From Leucoraja erinacea (Eukaryota): 64,000 bases of DNA. Of the stretch, positions 1 through 12,615 are shown piece after piece (within the stretch, counting starts at the first letter, position 1; every line of letters starts with the position of its first letter). The notes beneath the pieces are model-generated. The model was not told the origin of the DNA. It made no database searches and saw only the letters and a list, made by a program, of their open reading frames with translations. The stretch spans positions 9,176,001 through 9,240,000 of the forward strand of contig NC_073399.1 in the NCBI RefSeq assembly GCF_028641065.1, given 5' to 3'. The position numbers and the translations under genes were made by a program.

Positions 1-165
1 ACAGCACCTCCCCCTCAACTCTCCTCCCTGCTCCATCACAGACCCCCCCCCCCCCCCCCCCCACCTCATACCCCCTCTCCAACCTTCCACAGACCCCTCC
101 ACCCCCCCTCCCGCCCCCCCCCCCTCGCCCCGCCTCCCCCACCCCCCCCCCCCCCCCCCCCCTAC

Positions 166-284
166 CTGTCTGCAGAGTGAGGCGCTGAGACCATTGTAGA
201 GGGCGAGGATTCCATCGTTGCGGACCACCTGCAGGGCCATCCGGTCATGCCCCTCCGCACCTCCTGCTGAGTCTGCAGGTGAAC
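166..284 (-). CDS. SLC25A10: SLC25A10 exon 2 (119 nt as assembled, 1-nt deletion near 241)
   Basis: cag|GTTCACCTG...TGCAGACAG|gtagg; frame shifts at ATG ACC GG ATG GCC. Confidence 0.9.
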
Positions 285-3200
285 CTGTGGGGGGGGGGAA
301 CAAGGGGGGGGGGGGGTCAGAGCACAAGCACAATCCCATGGCCAGAGGGGCTGTCGGGGGGGGGGGGAGGGGGAACCACCCCCAGGACAGTGAAGCAGTG
401 TATAGTTGCCTCACAGCTGCTGCCAGAGACCCCGGGTTTCATCCCGACTACAGGTGCTGTCTGTACGGAGTTTGCACGTTCTCCCGGTGACCTGCGTGGG
501 GTTTTCTCCCGCACTCCGTAGACGTGCAGGTTTGTAGGTTAATTGACTTCAGTAAAATTGTAAATTGTCCCTAGTGTGTGTACGATAGCGTTTGTGTGTG
601 TGGTGATCGCTGGACGGCACGGACTCGATGGGCTGAAGGGCCTGTTTTCATGCTGTATCACTAAACTAATTTAATAAAAGTCAAAAGTATTTTAAATGTT
701 GTTAAAGTCCCTACGTCAACTACCTCCTCTGGCAGCTGGTTCCATGTACCCACCACCCTCTGCTTTAATCACGTGTTGTCTTTCCACTGACTGGATAGCA
801 GCAGCAACAACAAAAGCTTTTCACTGAACCTCAGTACACGTGACATTAAGTAAACTCATCTCTATAAACAAGTTGCCCCTGGTGTTCCTATTAAATCTTT
901 CCCCCGCCTATCACCTGAATCCTGTGCCGCCTGTTTATGGCTCCCCCATGAATTAATGCCACACATCTTGGAGCAGAATTAGGCCATTCGGCCCATCAAG
1001 TCTACTCCGCCATTCAATCATGGTTGATCTATCTCTCCCTCCTAACCCCATTCTCCTGCCTTCTCCCCATGCACTCTGACATCTGCACTAATTAAGAATC
1101 TATATATCTCTGCCTCGAAAATATCTACTGACTTGGCCTCCACAGCCTTCCGTGACAAAGAATTCCACAGATTCACCACCCTCTGACTAAAGACATTCCT
1201 CATCTCCTTCCTAAAATAACGTTCTTTAACTCAGAGGCTGTGCCCTCTGGTCCTAGACTCTCCCACTAGTGGACACATCCTCTCCACATCCACTCTATCC
1301 AGGCCTTTCACTACTTGGTACGTTTCAAGTCTGTGCGTTTGCTGTGTGCTGACTGGAACAATGAGGCATTGTACTGATCGCAGGGAGTCCTCGTTTACAG
1401 GCAGGCCGTGTCTGCGCTGCCCCAACTATCTGCCGATCTCTCCCTGTGTGTTTACACCACTTTACCCACGGGGCTGCGAGCCAATAGCTGGAACGCTGCC
1501 CAATGGGCCGGTCTAGGCCGCATTTAAAGCGGCAATCTCCAACACCGCTTGCCCTTAAGTGGCGATCCTGTGTTAGTGCATCACGAGCTGCCAGACAATA
1601 TCCCGCTCACTATTCACCCCCCCCCCCCCCCCCCCCCAGTCCTCAGCAACAGATTCTATGCGGCACGGCGGCGCAGCGCTAGAGTTGCTGCCTCAAGGCG
1701 CCAGGCGGTTCGATCCTGACAGCGGTTTGTACGGAGTTTGCACGTTCTCCCCGTGACCTGCGTGGGATTTCTCCGGGTGCTCCGGTTTCCTCCCGCACTC
1801 CAAAGGCGCGTGGGTTTGTAGGTTGATTGGCTTCGGTAAGTTGTAAAATTGTCCCTGGTGTGTGTAGGATAGTGAGTGGAGTAACGATCGCTGGTCGGCC
1901 TGGACTCGGTGGGCTGGGAGGGCCCGTTCAGACGCTGTATCTCTGAAGGCGAATGGAAAAGTCTTTCCGCTGACTGGTTAGCACGCAACAACAAAATCTT
2001 TTCACTGTTCCTAGGTACACGTGACAATAAACTAAACTCATATAAAGGAGGAAGCTAGAACTGCTCCTCGAGACCAGTGCGGCCTGCCCTGTTTCCACAG
2101 CTGCACCAAACCTGCACTAAAAGGGAAGTCAGATTAGCGGGATAACTCACGGCACAGTGGTTTGCAACTTCATGTACAGCTTAATTTAGATTAGAGTTAC
2201 AGCGCGGAAACAGGCTCTTCGGCCCGAGTCCGCGCCGACTGGCGATCACTGTACACTAACACTTTCCTACACACACTAGCGACAACTTACAGAAGGCAAT
2301 TAACCTACAAACCTGCACGTCTTTGGAGTGTGGGAGGAAACCGGAGCACCCGGAGAAAACCCACGTGGTCGCAGGGAGAATGAGGGGGGGGACCTCATTG
2401 AAACTTACAGAATAATGAATGGCATAGTGGATGTGGAGAGGATGTTTCCACTGGTGGGAGAATCTAGGACCCGAGGTCACAGCCTCAGAATTAAAGGGCG
2501 CTCTTGTAGAAAGGAGGTGAGAAGGAACTTCCTTAGTCAGAGGGTAGTTAATGTGTGGAACTCATTGCCACAGAGGGCCGTGGAGGCCAAGTCAGTGGAT
2601 ATTTTTAAGGCAGAGATAGACAAATTCTTGATTAGAACGGGTGTGAAGGGTTATGGGGAGAAGGCAGGAAAATGGGATTAGGAGGCAGAGATCAGCCATG
2701 AGTGAATGACGGAGTGGATTCGATGGGCCGAATGGCCTAATTCTACTCCTATAACGTGAACTTGTGATACATGTGAGGACAACTAACCTTAAACTAAATG
2801 AAGGCTAACTAAACTAAAACGCCAAAATAAAACATTTGTAGTTGGGCAAGTAACCGGTGGAAGGCTCTGACTGGGGCAGTAGAATGACAACAGACAATAG
2901 TTGCAGCAGTAGGCCATTCGGCCCGAGCCAGCAGCGACATTCAATGTGATCTTGGCAGATCATCCACAATCAGTACCCCATTCCTGCCTTCTCCCCATTT
3001 CCCCATGACTCTGCTATATTTAACTCTCTCTTGAAAGCATCCAGAGAAACCGGCTCCATCGCCTCTGAGGGAGAGAATTCCACAGGATCACCACTTCTCT
3101 GTGAGAAAAATGTTTCCTCATCCTGTGTCTAAATGGCTTACTCCTATCTTAAACTGTGACCCTGGTTCGGACTTCCCCAAACATCGCAGGGAGGGAACAT

Positions 3201-6200
3201 GGTTTCCTGCCTCTAGTGTGTCCCAAGCCCTTAACAATCTTATATGTTCAATAAAATATCATCTCAAATCTTCTTCTAAACTCCAGAGTGTACAAGCCCA
3301 GCCGCTACCGTTCTCTTAGCACATGGGGGACAGTACGCCATCCAGGGACATTAACCTTTGTAAACCTACGCTGGCACTCCCCACACACACTAGCAAAGAA
3401 TGTCCTTCCTCAAATAGGGGACCAAACCCTGCCACCCATACTTCACGGCTGTGGCTCTCCTAGGGCCCTGTACATCTGGAGAGGACCTCTTTGCTCCTAT
3501 ATTGGACGATTCCTCTGTGTACATAAGGGGGCCCTTTCAGGCTCATCACTGCTTAAGCTGCTATCGTCACTGCCTTGCTTTGTACCTTAATGATGAACCA
3601 CCTCTTTTGTCATCTAATTGATGAAAAAAGGCACAACGTGCGTTTAAGTGGAGTGTAAGCGGCTCACCACACTTCCAATCGCGCTAGACGGATTTGGTTT
3701 GGATAGGGAAACCAGGTCCGCGGCAGACCCCCCCCCCTTTTTTTGGGTAGGTCTGTGGCGTTTGGTGGTGCGGCCCCGGGCAACATTCGCCCGTCCAGAG
3801 ACCGGGTGGAGCCGTTGTTGAAAAACGCCGCCCCGTTATTTCTGGCCGGCTAATGGCAATAACTTGCTGGAGCACGACTGTTGGTGGGACCCATTCCGCT
3901 TCCCGGCAATGCCCGTTGGGCCAAACGGCCGGCCCCCCATCTCCGTTATGCCAAGCAAGGAGCTCGCAACCACAATGCCCTCTACGCTATGGCTGTACAC
4001 AATTAACCCAGCTGCAGGTTTACCGTTAGTTAGACATCGCGTCCCAGCCCCAAGGAAGCCCATAACTGCGTCTCTTCCCCATCCCCAAAAAAGCCCACAT
4101 CACCACACTCTTAGCCGATCAACTTTCCCCCGACCCCCTAGCCAGCGCTCCCGACCTGATTGTTTGCCTCGTGATCTAGGCGAGTTGTTGGTAGCGTCTA
4201 GCTGACAGAAGGCCTCAAGAACTCAAGGAAAGGACCGGCCTTTAGCCCAGGAGAGAGACAGGGAATCTCTTCGAGTCAGAGGTGGGTGAATCTGTGGATT
4301 TCATCGCCACAGACCCACAGGTGCGCCGGCACAAGTCTTTGATGGTTACTTTTAAGGCAGCGGAGATCGCAGATGATTCTGGAGGTCGACCGGGTATGCG
4401 AGGTGCGGGGGGAAAAGGCCCAGGAGGAATATGATGGTGACTTGAGCAGGGAAAGGTAGATCAAGCATCAAAATATCATCGAGCAACTGGGAGCCTGGCA
4501 TTGCAATGGGGACAGGCGCTCATGGAGGGGAAATCACACTGCCGGATCCGGAGCTGCACGTCAAGGCGAGACATGGAAACCTCGGGTACTCCAGGGTGTC
4601 GCACCCCGCAGCCCCCCACCCCACCGACACGCCGCACAACAAGATCCCGTACACGCCACCCAGAGAGAGGAGAGAGAGGGAAGCCACCCCCCGGGGCCGA
4701 CGCCCCTAGCCCATCAACATACAAAGCCCAGTACACCTCGCACCGAGCCCAACGGTGTGTGGCCTCGACTGGCCCAATTCAGACACCAAACTCCTCCGCA
4801 GACCACTCCAGCCCACCGTGACCATACCCATATGGGCGCAGGAGAGGACCACACACCGTCTCATGACTCGTAGCGAAGGGATGCCCCGGATGATGATCAG
4901 GACTCAGCCATGAATTTTGAATGGTAGCAGCCCAGAACGCACATGGGGCTATACTGCTCACTACCCACTCGTCCTAACAAAGCAAACGTTGTAGCCTCTT
5001 CACAAAATCTCTCCGTGCCTTGGCCGTTATACACAATACCGAGTTCGGCATATTTCCCAACCAGTTTACTCCGCCTACCCGATCCGCCTCCGTCTAGTGA
5101 TTTACGCACCGATGAGGGGGGATCTTATGTGTATGGGGAAAACTCTGATGTACTTTGTATTAAGGGGCCTTTGGACCTTTAGGCGACGCATGGGACGGAA
5201 GATTGTTCTTACCGATGTTGGGGGAAGTCCAGAAAACAAGGGGTCACAGTTTACAGGATAAAGGGGAAATTCGTTTAGGACCGAGGATGAGGAAAAACAA
5301 CATTTTCTTCACAGCAGTGGTGACTCTCTGGCCTCTATCTGCAACCAGAAGGTTAGTCGAGGCTTGTTCTCTTCCGGCTATGATGTAGAGGGAGTTAAGA
5401 TGTCCGACCCCTTTGGCTTGAAGAGTGGATGGAGAAGGTCTCCGTACCCCTGGGACCGGAGACTACAAGAGATAGAAGGCTCTTGCCGCAAGACCGCCAT
5501 TGCGATGAATCCTTTTGCTGGTGTGCCCGACGTTATGAAATGCGCTCACTGGGCTCTCTGAAAAATGGCCGCATCACACCACGAACTGCGCCAACCTCAA
5601 ACCCAGGTAACCTTATTCTAAGTTCACCGGACCTCTGAGTGAGTTTGCACGCTCCTCGCCGCCCTTGTATCGCAAGGATGGTCGTCACAAGGGGTCGTAG
5701 TATGGGTCTGTAGAGGTCGTTCCCATGATGCCAATCGCTACTCGGTATCCGTGGAATAAAGTGGTCGGGGCGTTTCTTCGAGCACAGAGGATGCCCACCA
5801 AATGTCACACTCCCGCTGTAGTCAAAAAGGTGTGTCCTTCGTAGGTTACGCTAACGTTGACACCCCAAGTGGGGGACAGGCCTTAGACCTTCCCTTTGTC
5901 TCTGCCAAGAGTCCCCCTCGACATGACGGAACATTCCTATCTGCGGCACTGCATCCCATCTGCTACCCACCGCCTCACCTCCTCGGACCCCTACTCAGAC
6001 TTGTTCCAGATGACGCTCTCCCACCCTCTCGCCTTCAAGGCCAATGACCCATCTTGGTCACCCCCCCCTTTCTCCTCCACCCCTTTCCAGGTTACGCCAC
6101 TTCGACCTCTGCTTGGGTTCAGCATCAATCCATCAAGACTGCACTCACCACCCCGTCCACCCACCCCAAGTCTGGCCCTTTTTCCAACTCTCTTCTTTCT

Positions 6201-7917
6201 TCTGAGCCGGAGTATGTGTTAGGACCTAGACTAGGATTGTTTAGCAGCTTGTCTTGCTCAATAAATGAGAGGAAACACAAATCTTAAATAATTCAATAAC
6301 CGGAATGTCTCTGTGAGTAGAGGGGACGGGTGGGGCGAGGACTAGGATCCTCAGGATTCTCTTTGCCCGCCCTGTGTGGGTTTCTTGGAGCATGCACCTT
6401 TTGGGCTCTTACCGGCAGGATTCCTCCCTTTAGATTTAAGAGGTACAGCGTGGAAAACAATGCCTTGTTCCCCATCGAGTCAGGAAAAAGGGGTACCTGC
6501 ATTGTGGATGATTCAGCTTGTTTGATTCAACACCTGACCCTCCCCCCCGGGTGTGGGCTCGAAGGGCAGATTTGGCCTAACCTTACGGACACCTATGTTA
6601 TAGAGTCCGTCGCCGCCCCATTTTTTAAAGCGATTCTATCCCCCTTTACGCTAAACACTATTTTCTCCCAGTCCCCCCCCCTTAACCCTTAGCCTACTCT
6701 TCTCATTAAATCCTACGTCTCTCTTTGCTCTCTCTCATCTCTGACCCTCTCTACCCCCTTCCAGACTAAAAAACTCGCTCCCTACAGAGTCTCTCAGGTC
6801 CCGAAGGTGGGAGGAACGTACCTCTCCGACCAGACGACATGGTCAGGATCGAACTGGGGTGGCTTGCGATTTGTGCAGGGCAGACAACTATGCACCGCTG
6901 CTGCCAACCGTGCTGTCTATTCCAACTGTCTTCGATTTCATCGAGGAAATCGGTGTGGGAACATAGGTTCCCGGGCGGTGGGTTAGGGGGCGAGAGCTGT
7001 GGAGATTTTGACTATTTTACTGTTCTTTTTACAATCCATGTTCTCGGGGGTATCTATATCTAAATTGTATTAGTTATTTATGTTATGACATTGGATGGAA
7101 GCTGCATACCAAATCTCATTGCACTTATGTGCAATGACAATAAAATATATTATTATTATTATTATTAGATAAGACACAAAAAGCTGGAGTAACTCCGCGG
7201 GACAGGCAGCACCACTGGAGAGAAGGAATGGGTGACGTTTCGGTTCTTCAGACCGTTCTGTGCCTTCAGACAGGTACATGATAGGGCAGGTTTATAGGGA
7301 GATGTGCCGTATGTGGACAGGTGGGAGTAGCTTAGATGTTGGTCGGTGTGGGCAAGTTGGGCCAGAGGGCCTGTTTCCATGCTGTCCCTGTCACATGCAG
7401 AGAAGCACTGCCAAGGCCCAGAGCAGGATAGAGGAGAGAGGGAGAGGGGGATAGAGGCAGAGGGGGGAGAGAGAGGGGGATAGAGAGGGGGGGGAGGAGT
7501 AGAGAGGGAGTGGGGGATAGAGGCAGAGGGAGGAGGAGAGAGAGGGGGGGGGGGATAGAGGGAGGGAGGAGAGAGGGGTGGAGAGAGGAGAGAGAGAGGG
7601 GGGAGAGGGGGGGAGAGAGGGAGAAGAGGGGAGAGAGAGGAGGAGAGGGAAGGAGAAGGAGGAGAGGGGAGAGAAGGGAGATAGAGGGGGGAGGAGAGAG
7701 GGAGGGGGGGCTGGAGAGAGGGAGGGGGGGAGGAGAGAAAGAGGTGGAGGAGAGAGGGGAGGAAGGAGGGGAAGGGAGGGAGGAGAGAGGGGCTAGAGAG
7801 AGAGGGAGGGGAGGGGAGGTCTCTCACCTTGAGCAGGTCCAGTGGGTGAGTACAACACGCCGCCCCGCACGATGCCAAGCCGCCGAAATACCAGCGGGAG
7901 ACGCGTTTCTCCGCCAT
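166..7917 (-). CDS. SLC25A10: Mitochondrial dicarboxylate carrier, 5' part of gene (exons 1-2; the rest lies left of the window)
   Basis: MAEKRVSRWYFGGLASCGAACCTHPLDLLK + VHLQTQQEVRRGMT(G)MALQVVRNDGILALYNGLSASLCRQ; carrier signature PxDxxK; GT-AG intron; syntenic with MRPL12/HGS. Confidence 0.95.
382..670 (+). mobile_element. tRNA-derived V-SINE (HE1-like)
   Basis: tRNA-like head, V-domain ggagtttgcacgttctcc, LINE-derived tail gggctgaagggcctgttt...ctaaac. Confidence 0.75.
960..1320 (-). mobile_element. CR1/HER1-like LINE 3' fragment
   Basis: [24 protein letters not shown] on minus strand plus conserved 3' tail. Confidence 0.75.
1660..1945 (+). mobile_element. HE1-like V-SINE
   Basis: ggcacggcggcgcagc head, B-box ggttcgatcc, V-domain, tail. 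Confidence 0.8.
2376..2765 (+). mobile_element. CR1/HER1-like LINE 3' fragment
   Basis: [10 protein letters not shown]...[19 protein letters not shown]...[16 protein letters not shown]. Confidence 0.8.
7425..7820. repeat. G/A-rich polypurine low-complexity tract
   Basis: Direct reading. Confidence 0.9.
7828..7917 (-). CDS. SLC25A10: SLC25A10 coding exon 1 (90 nt)
   Basis: ATG at 7917, 30 codons, donor GTGAGA at 7827. Confidence 0.96.
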
Positions 7918-9119
7918 TGTCGCCGCCGCCGTCTAGACCAGCGGCCGCGGGACAGACACAGACACAGACACAGAGACCGGGGTGGGTGGGGTGGGGGAGA
8001 CCCTGGGGCAGCGCTGTCTGTCTGTGTAGCCCGGGCTCAGCTGTTACAGTCGCTGTAACAATCTCTGGGGGGGGGGGGGCGGGGGGGGACTTTGTATCCA
8101 AATCGATGCTCCTCCCCCTCCTCCACCCCCGCCCCGCCCCTTCCTCCTCCCTCTCCTTCCTCACTCCCTTCCCAACACATCCCCTTCCCTGCACTCTCCT
8201 CTCCATCTCTCCCTCCTCTCTATCTCTCTCCCCCTCCTCTATCCCACTCTATCGCAGCCACACATGTGTAGCAGCAGCAGCCTGTCGTTGCATTGTCTCC
8301 ATTGCATTGCAAGATCTCGACCCCCATTCCTTCTCCACAGAGATGCTGCTGCTGCCACCTGTCCCGCTGAGTCACTCCAGCATGTTGTGCCGTGTCTTCA
8401 GTTTAAAAACCAGCGTCTGCAGTTCCTTCCGACCCATGAGGTTGCAACGTTTTCACTTCCCGCCCACGTGTAGCCCCGACATTGCTGGCGGATGCATTAT
8501 TAGATGGTTGCATCATTGCATTTAAACAGGTGTGGGCTCACGAGGGCCCTGCACAACTGCAGAAGGACCTCTTTGCTCCTATATTCGATTCCTCTTGTTG
8601 GAAAGGCCCACATGCCATTCGCTTTCCTCTCTGCCCAACACCCATCTTCTTTCCCAAGCCCACCCACCCCCTTTCCTAGGTTTAATGGGATATGGGCCAA
8701 AAGCAGGCAGATGGGGAATGTTGTTCGGTGTGGGCAAGTTGGGCCGAAGGGTCTGTTTCCATGCTCTCTGATCCTATGACTTGGTTCCAACCTCAAAGCT
8801 TACCTAATCCCCCCCCCCAACCTATTTACCTGCCTGCATACACTGAAGAATGGTCTCAACCCAAAACGCCACTCATCCTATTTTCCAGGGAGGCTGCCTG
8901 ACCCGCTGAGTTACTCCAGCATTTTGTCTGTCTCATGAATCCCTCTCTCCCTATGTAATTATTAACTGGTTGTATCTTGCACACTGCATAACACTAAACT
9001 CAACTATGAACTATGGACTGTTTTCGCATCCCTATTGCAGTTATTAATTTATTGGATTTGCATTTATTATGTATTATCCTTGAGTACTGTATTTTTATGG
9101 CCTGTTACTGCAAGAATTC

Positions 9120-9245
9120 TCCTCCACTGTCAGAGTGAGGCCCAACACAAATTGGAAGAACAGCGCCTCATATTTCACTTGCGTAGCCTGCAACCCGGCG
9201 GCATGAATATTGGTTTCTCTAATGTTAGGTAACTCCTGCATCTCC
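9120..9245 (+). mobile_element. Short Penelope-like ORF-end fragment
   Basis: LLHCQSEAQHKLEEQRLIFHLRSLQPGGMNIGF. Confidence 0.65.
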
Positions 9246-9769
9246 TCCCCTCCCCAATAAGGACAGTGTTACAACTTACCGAAGCCAAAACCTGTACGTC
9301 TTTGGAGTGTTGGAGGAAACCCGCGCAGGTCACGAATAATTTCACGTAAGGTACAACATGACCGTACAGTACATGCGCCCATGTTAGTGAAGGATGCACT
9401 TTCAAACCGAGCTCAAAAACTGAGTTTTTAGCAAATTTACTGTGCTCGGGGCACCACCGTGAGGCACAGCTACCTAAATACAGCCGCCCAGATAGAAACT
9501 TGGGAGTAGAGGTGGTGAAATCAAGCGGAAAAATGAAGAGGAATTTGCCGTGGCGATTTAGATCCAAAATAGGGAATAGGTGCTCGCTGCAGGCCATTAA
9601 AAAAGTCCCTTCGAAAGCCAGCAAACGCGATAATTCGATAGTGATCATCTCCGCGGCTGATCGTCAGCTCCCTCTGGAATCAATAAATTAGGGATGCCTC
9701 ACTCACCCCCCATATAATAAATTTTATTTATGAGCGCCTTTCAAGAGTCTCAAGGACACCGTACAAAAA

Positions 9770-10120
9770 TATCCCTTGATTCCACCAGCCCCTAGAGCTC
9801 TATCTAACTCTCTCTTAAATCCATCCAGTGATTTGGCCTCCACTGCACTCTGTGGCAGAGAACTCTCTGGGTGAAATTTTTTTTTCTCACCTCAGTCTTA
9901 AATGGCCTCCCCTTTATTCTAGGACTGTGGCCCCTGGTTCTGGACTCGCCCAACATTGGGAAATTTTTTCCTGCATCTAGCTTGTCCAGTCCTTTTTATA
10001 ATTTTACATGTTTCTATAAGATTCACCCCTCATCCTTCTAAACTCCAGTGAATACAAGCCTAGTCTTTTCAATCTTTCCTCATGTGACAGTCCCGCTATC
10101 CCAGGGATCAATCTCGTGAT
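9770..10120 (-). mobile_element. CR1-like LINE fragment
   Basis: Same RT-end motifs on the minus strand. Confidence 0.7.
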
Positions 10121-11484
10121 TGTAATGAGTGATTGCAGATGCGTTTCAGCAAGAAGGTGAGACCTTTCTTCAGACTGTCGTCAGGCAGGTAACAGGTGGA
10201 CACAGGTGAGGGGGGGGTTTAGATGGGCTATTAGGTTGGCACATAGTCAGAATCAGCGTGCATGAGAACAGGCAGTCGCCATTGAGATTGTTTCTCCCAT
10301 TGCCAGTTGCTGCCTTTGTTGGCCTTCTCCCAAACCCCGATGTGCACCTTGGGCAATAATTTACACGTCTGGTTCAGGGCCCACGTACCTTGGTTTAACT
10401 TCAGCAAGAGGTTTAATGGTCCATGAACAGAGACGGGATGCCCTTTTGAGTTTGACGTCACCCTAGTTTATAATGTGGCCTCATCAACACCTGAATGTTC
10501 AATGGTCATTGGCTTAATTGTCATGTCTGCACAGCAGTGACATTATTTTTGCACAGATCACACACGCACCAGTTGCCGTATTTTGGCGAAGACTCCAAAG
10601 TCCGGTCCACTTGCTGGATGTAGTGGAGCGGTTCCTGATCCAGGCGAGACCCAGGCTGCTGCCGGGGCCTCCTCCATCGCCCTCGACCGGCTCGGCCCGC
10701 CGACCGCACAGTCTCTCGCCCAGAGTAGGGGGGTCGATGCCCAGCGGACATTGAGGGGTAACTTTTCCAAACAGAGGGCGGTGGGTGTATGGGACGAGCT
10801 GGGACGATGTGTATACTCCAGTGTGGGTGTACTCCAGGATGGGTGTATGGGACGAGCTGCTGGAGGAGGTAGTTGAGGCAGGGACTATCCCAACAAAAAA
10901 ACACATCTTGCACACACTCTAATTTTCTTCATTAGTACGGGTGTCAAAGGTTACGGGGCGAAGCCAGGAGAATGGGATTGAGAGGGAAAGATAGATCAGC
11001 CACGATTGAATGGCGGAGTTGACTTGTCTCTAGTGATACGGAATGGAAACAGACCCCTCTCAACCCCATTCTCCTGCCTTCTCCCCATAGGGCAAGCACT
11101 AATTATTAGTTTAGTTTGGAGATACAGCGCGGAAACAGGCCCTTCGGCCCACCGAGTCCGTACCGACCAGCAATCGCCGCGCAATAACACTATCCTACAC
11201 AGTGGGGACAATTTACAGAAGCCAATTAACCTACAAACCTGTATGTCTTTGGGATGTGGGAGGAAAACTGGACAGGAACGTGGATGGGAAAGGTTTTGAG
11301 GGATTTGGGCCAAACAAGGATAAATGTTGTCGTAAATTAAAATGTTTCTAATCCTTAACTACTTCAAATTGTAAATTGTCCCTAATGATAGTGCTAGTGT
11401 GCTCGGATTGCTGGTCGGCGTGGACTCGGTGGGCTGAAGGACATGTTTCCGCTCTGTATTTCCGGGAATGGCTCCAATCTCCAA

Positions 11485-11940
11485 TTGTGAGCAGTTTTGG
11501 GCCCCATATCTGAGGAAGGATGGGCTGGCGTTGGAGAAGGTCCAGAGGTTTACGAGAATGATCCCAGGAATGAGTGGATTAACATAGGATGAGCGTTTGA
11601 CGGCACTGGGCCTGTACTCACTGGAGTTTAGAAGGATGAGAGGGAACTTCGTTGAAACTTACGGAATACTGAAAGGCCTGGACAGAGTGGACGTGGGAGA
11701 GTCTAGGACTAGGACCAGAGGCCACAGCCTCAGATTAAAAGGATGCACCTTTAGAAAGGAGATGAGGAATGCCTTTAGGCCGAGGGTGTTGGATCTGTGG
11801 AATTCACTGCCACAGGCGGATGTGGAGGCCGCCAATGGATATTTTTAAGGCAGGGATGGTGGATAGATTCTTGATTAGTAAGAGTATCGGGGATATGGGG
11901 AGAAGGCAGGAGAATGGGGTTGAGAGGGAAAGATAGATCA
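11485..11940 (+). mobile_element. CR1-like LINE fragment
   Basis: [30 protein letters not shown]...WNSLPQ. Confidence 0.75.
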
Positions 11941-12174
11941 GACACAAAATGCTGGAGTAACTCAGCGGACGAGGCAGCATCTCTGGAGAGAAGGAATGGG
12001 CGACGTTTCGGGTCGATGCTGCCTCACCCGCTGAGTTACTACAGCATCTGCAGTTCTTTCTTACACGATAGACGCGATGGGCCGAACGGCCTAATTCTGC
12101 TCCAAGAACCTATGACTCGGCACAATTAGACATGGCGGGACACAGCAGTTTAAAAACGTTCCATCTTTTCCTCG

Positions 12175-12180
12175 TTTAAT
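12175..12180 (-). terminator. Candidate MRPL12 polyadenylation signal ATTAAA
   Basis: tttaat on plus strand about 320 nt after the stop, at the end of unique sequence. Confidence 0.45.
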
Positions 12181-12498
12181 ATTGAATGGCCGCGACAAGC
12201 AGAGCGGAGGGCGTGCTGTACCCGCAGCGGGCCACTGTACCCACTGTGGGTCGCTAACTGTACATGGTGGGTCTGGATAGGCAGCACCTCCCTCTTTATG
12301 TCTGCGCCCCCCCTGGCACCCTGGAACTGGCGGAAAACCACCGCGTGCAGACATACATACAAACAAACATCTTGGTCTAGCGACAGTCCCCGCTCAACGC
12401 TTGCAGTGCCGGGAGGCGGTGCAGCAGCCGTGGCATCAGTCGGGCGCAAGGCCGCCGAACGGTGTCTGGGTTGCGGCCTCGCAGGCCGGGCGGGTGCG

Positions 12499-12615
12499 TT
12501 ACTCGATCTGCACCGTCCCTCCCGCAGCCTCCAGGGCCGCCTTCAGCTTCTCCGCCTCCTCCTTCGACACGTTGGCCCTCATCTCCTGTGGCAGCGACTC
12601 CACCAGCTTCTTGGC
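12499..12615 (-). CDS. MRPL12: MRPL12 exon 5 (terminal)
   Basis: [38 protein letters not shown] then TAA. Confidence 0.95.
   Translation of the reverse strand, partial: AKKLVESLPQEMRANVSKEEAEKLKAALEAAGGTVQIE

Noticed and set aside
1660-1730. tRNA-like sequence with A and B boxes (many copies)
   Set aside because: These are SINE heads followed by V-domain and LINE tail, not complete tRNA cloverleafs.
3600-6800. Cluster of short ORFs suggesting a foreign or viral insert
   Set aside because: No recognisable motifs, and the sequence contains garbled local repeats, consistent with noisy consensus.
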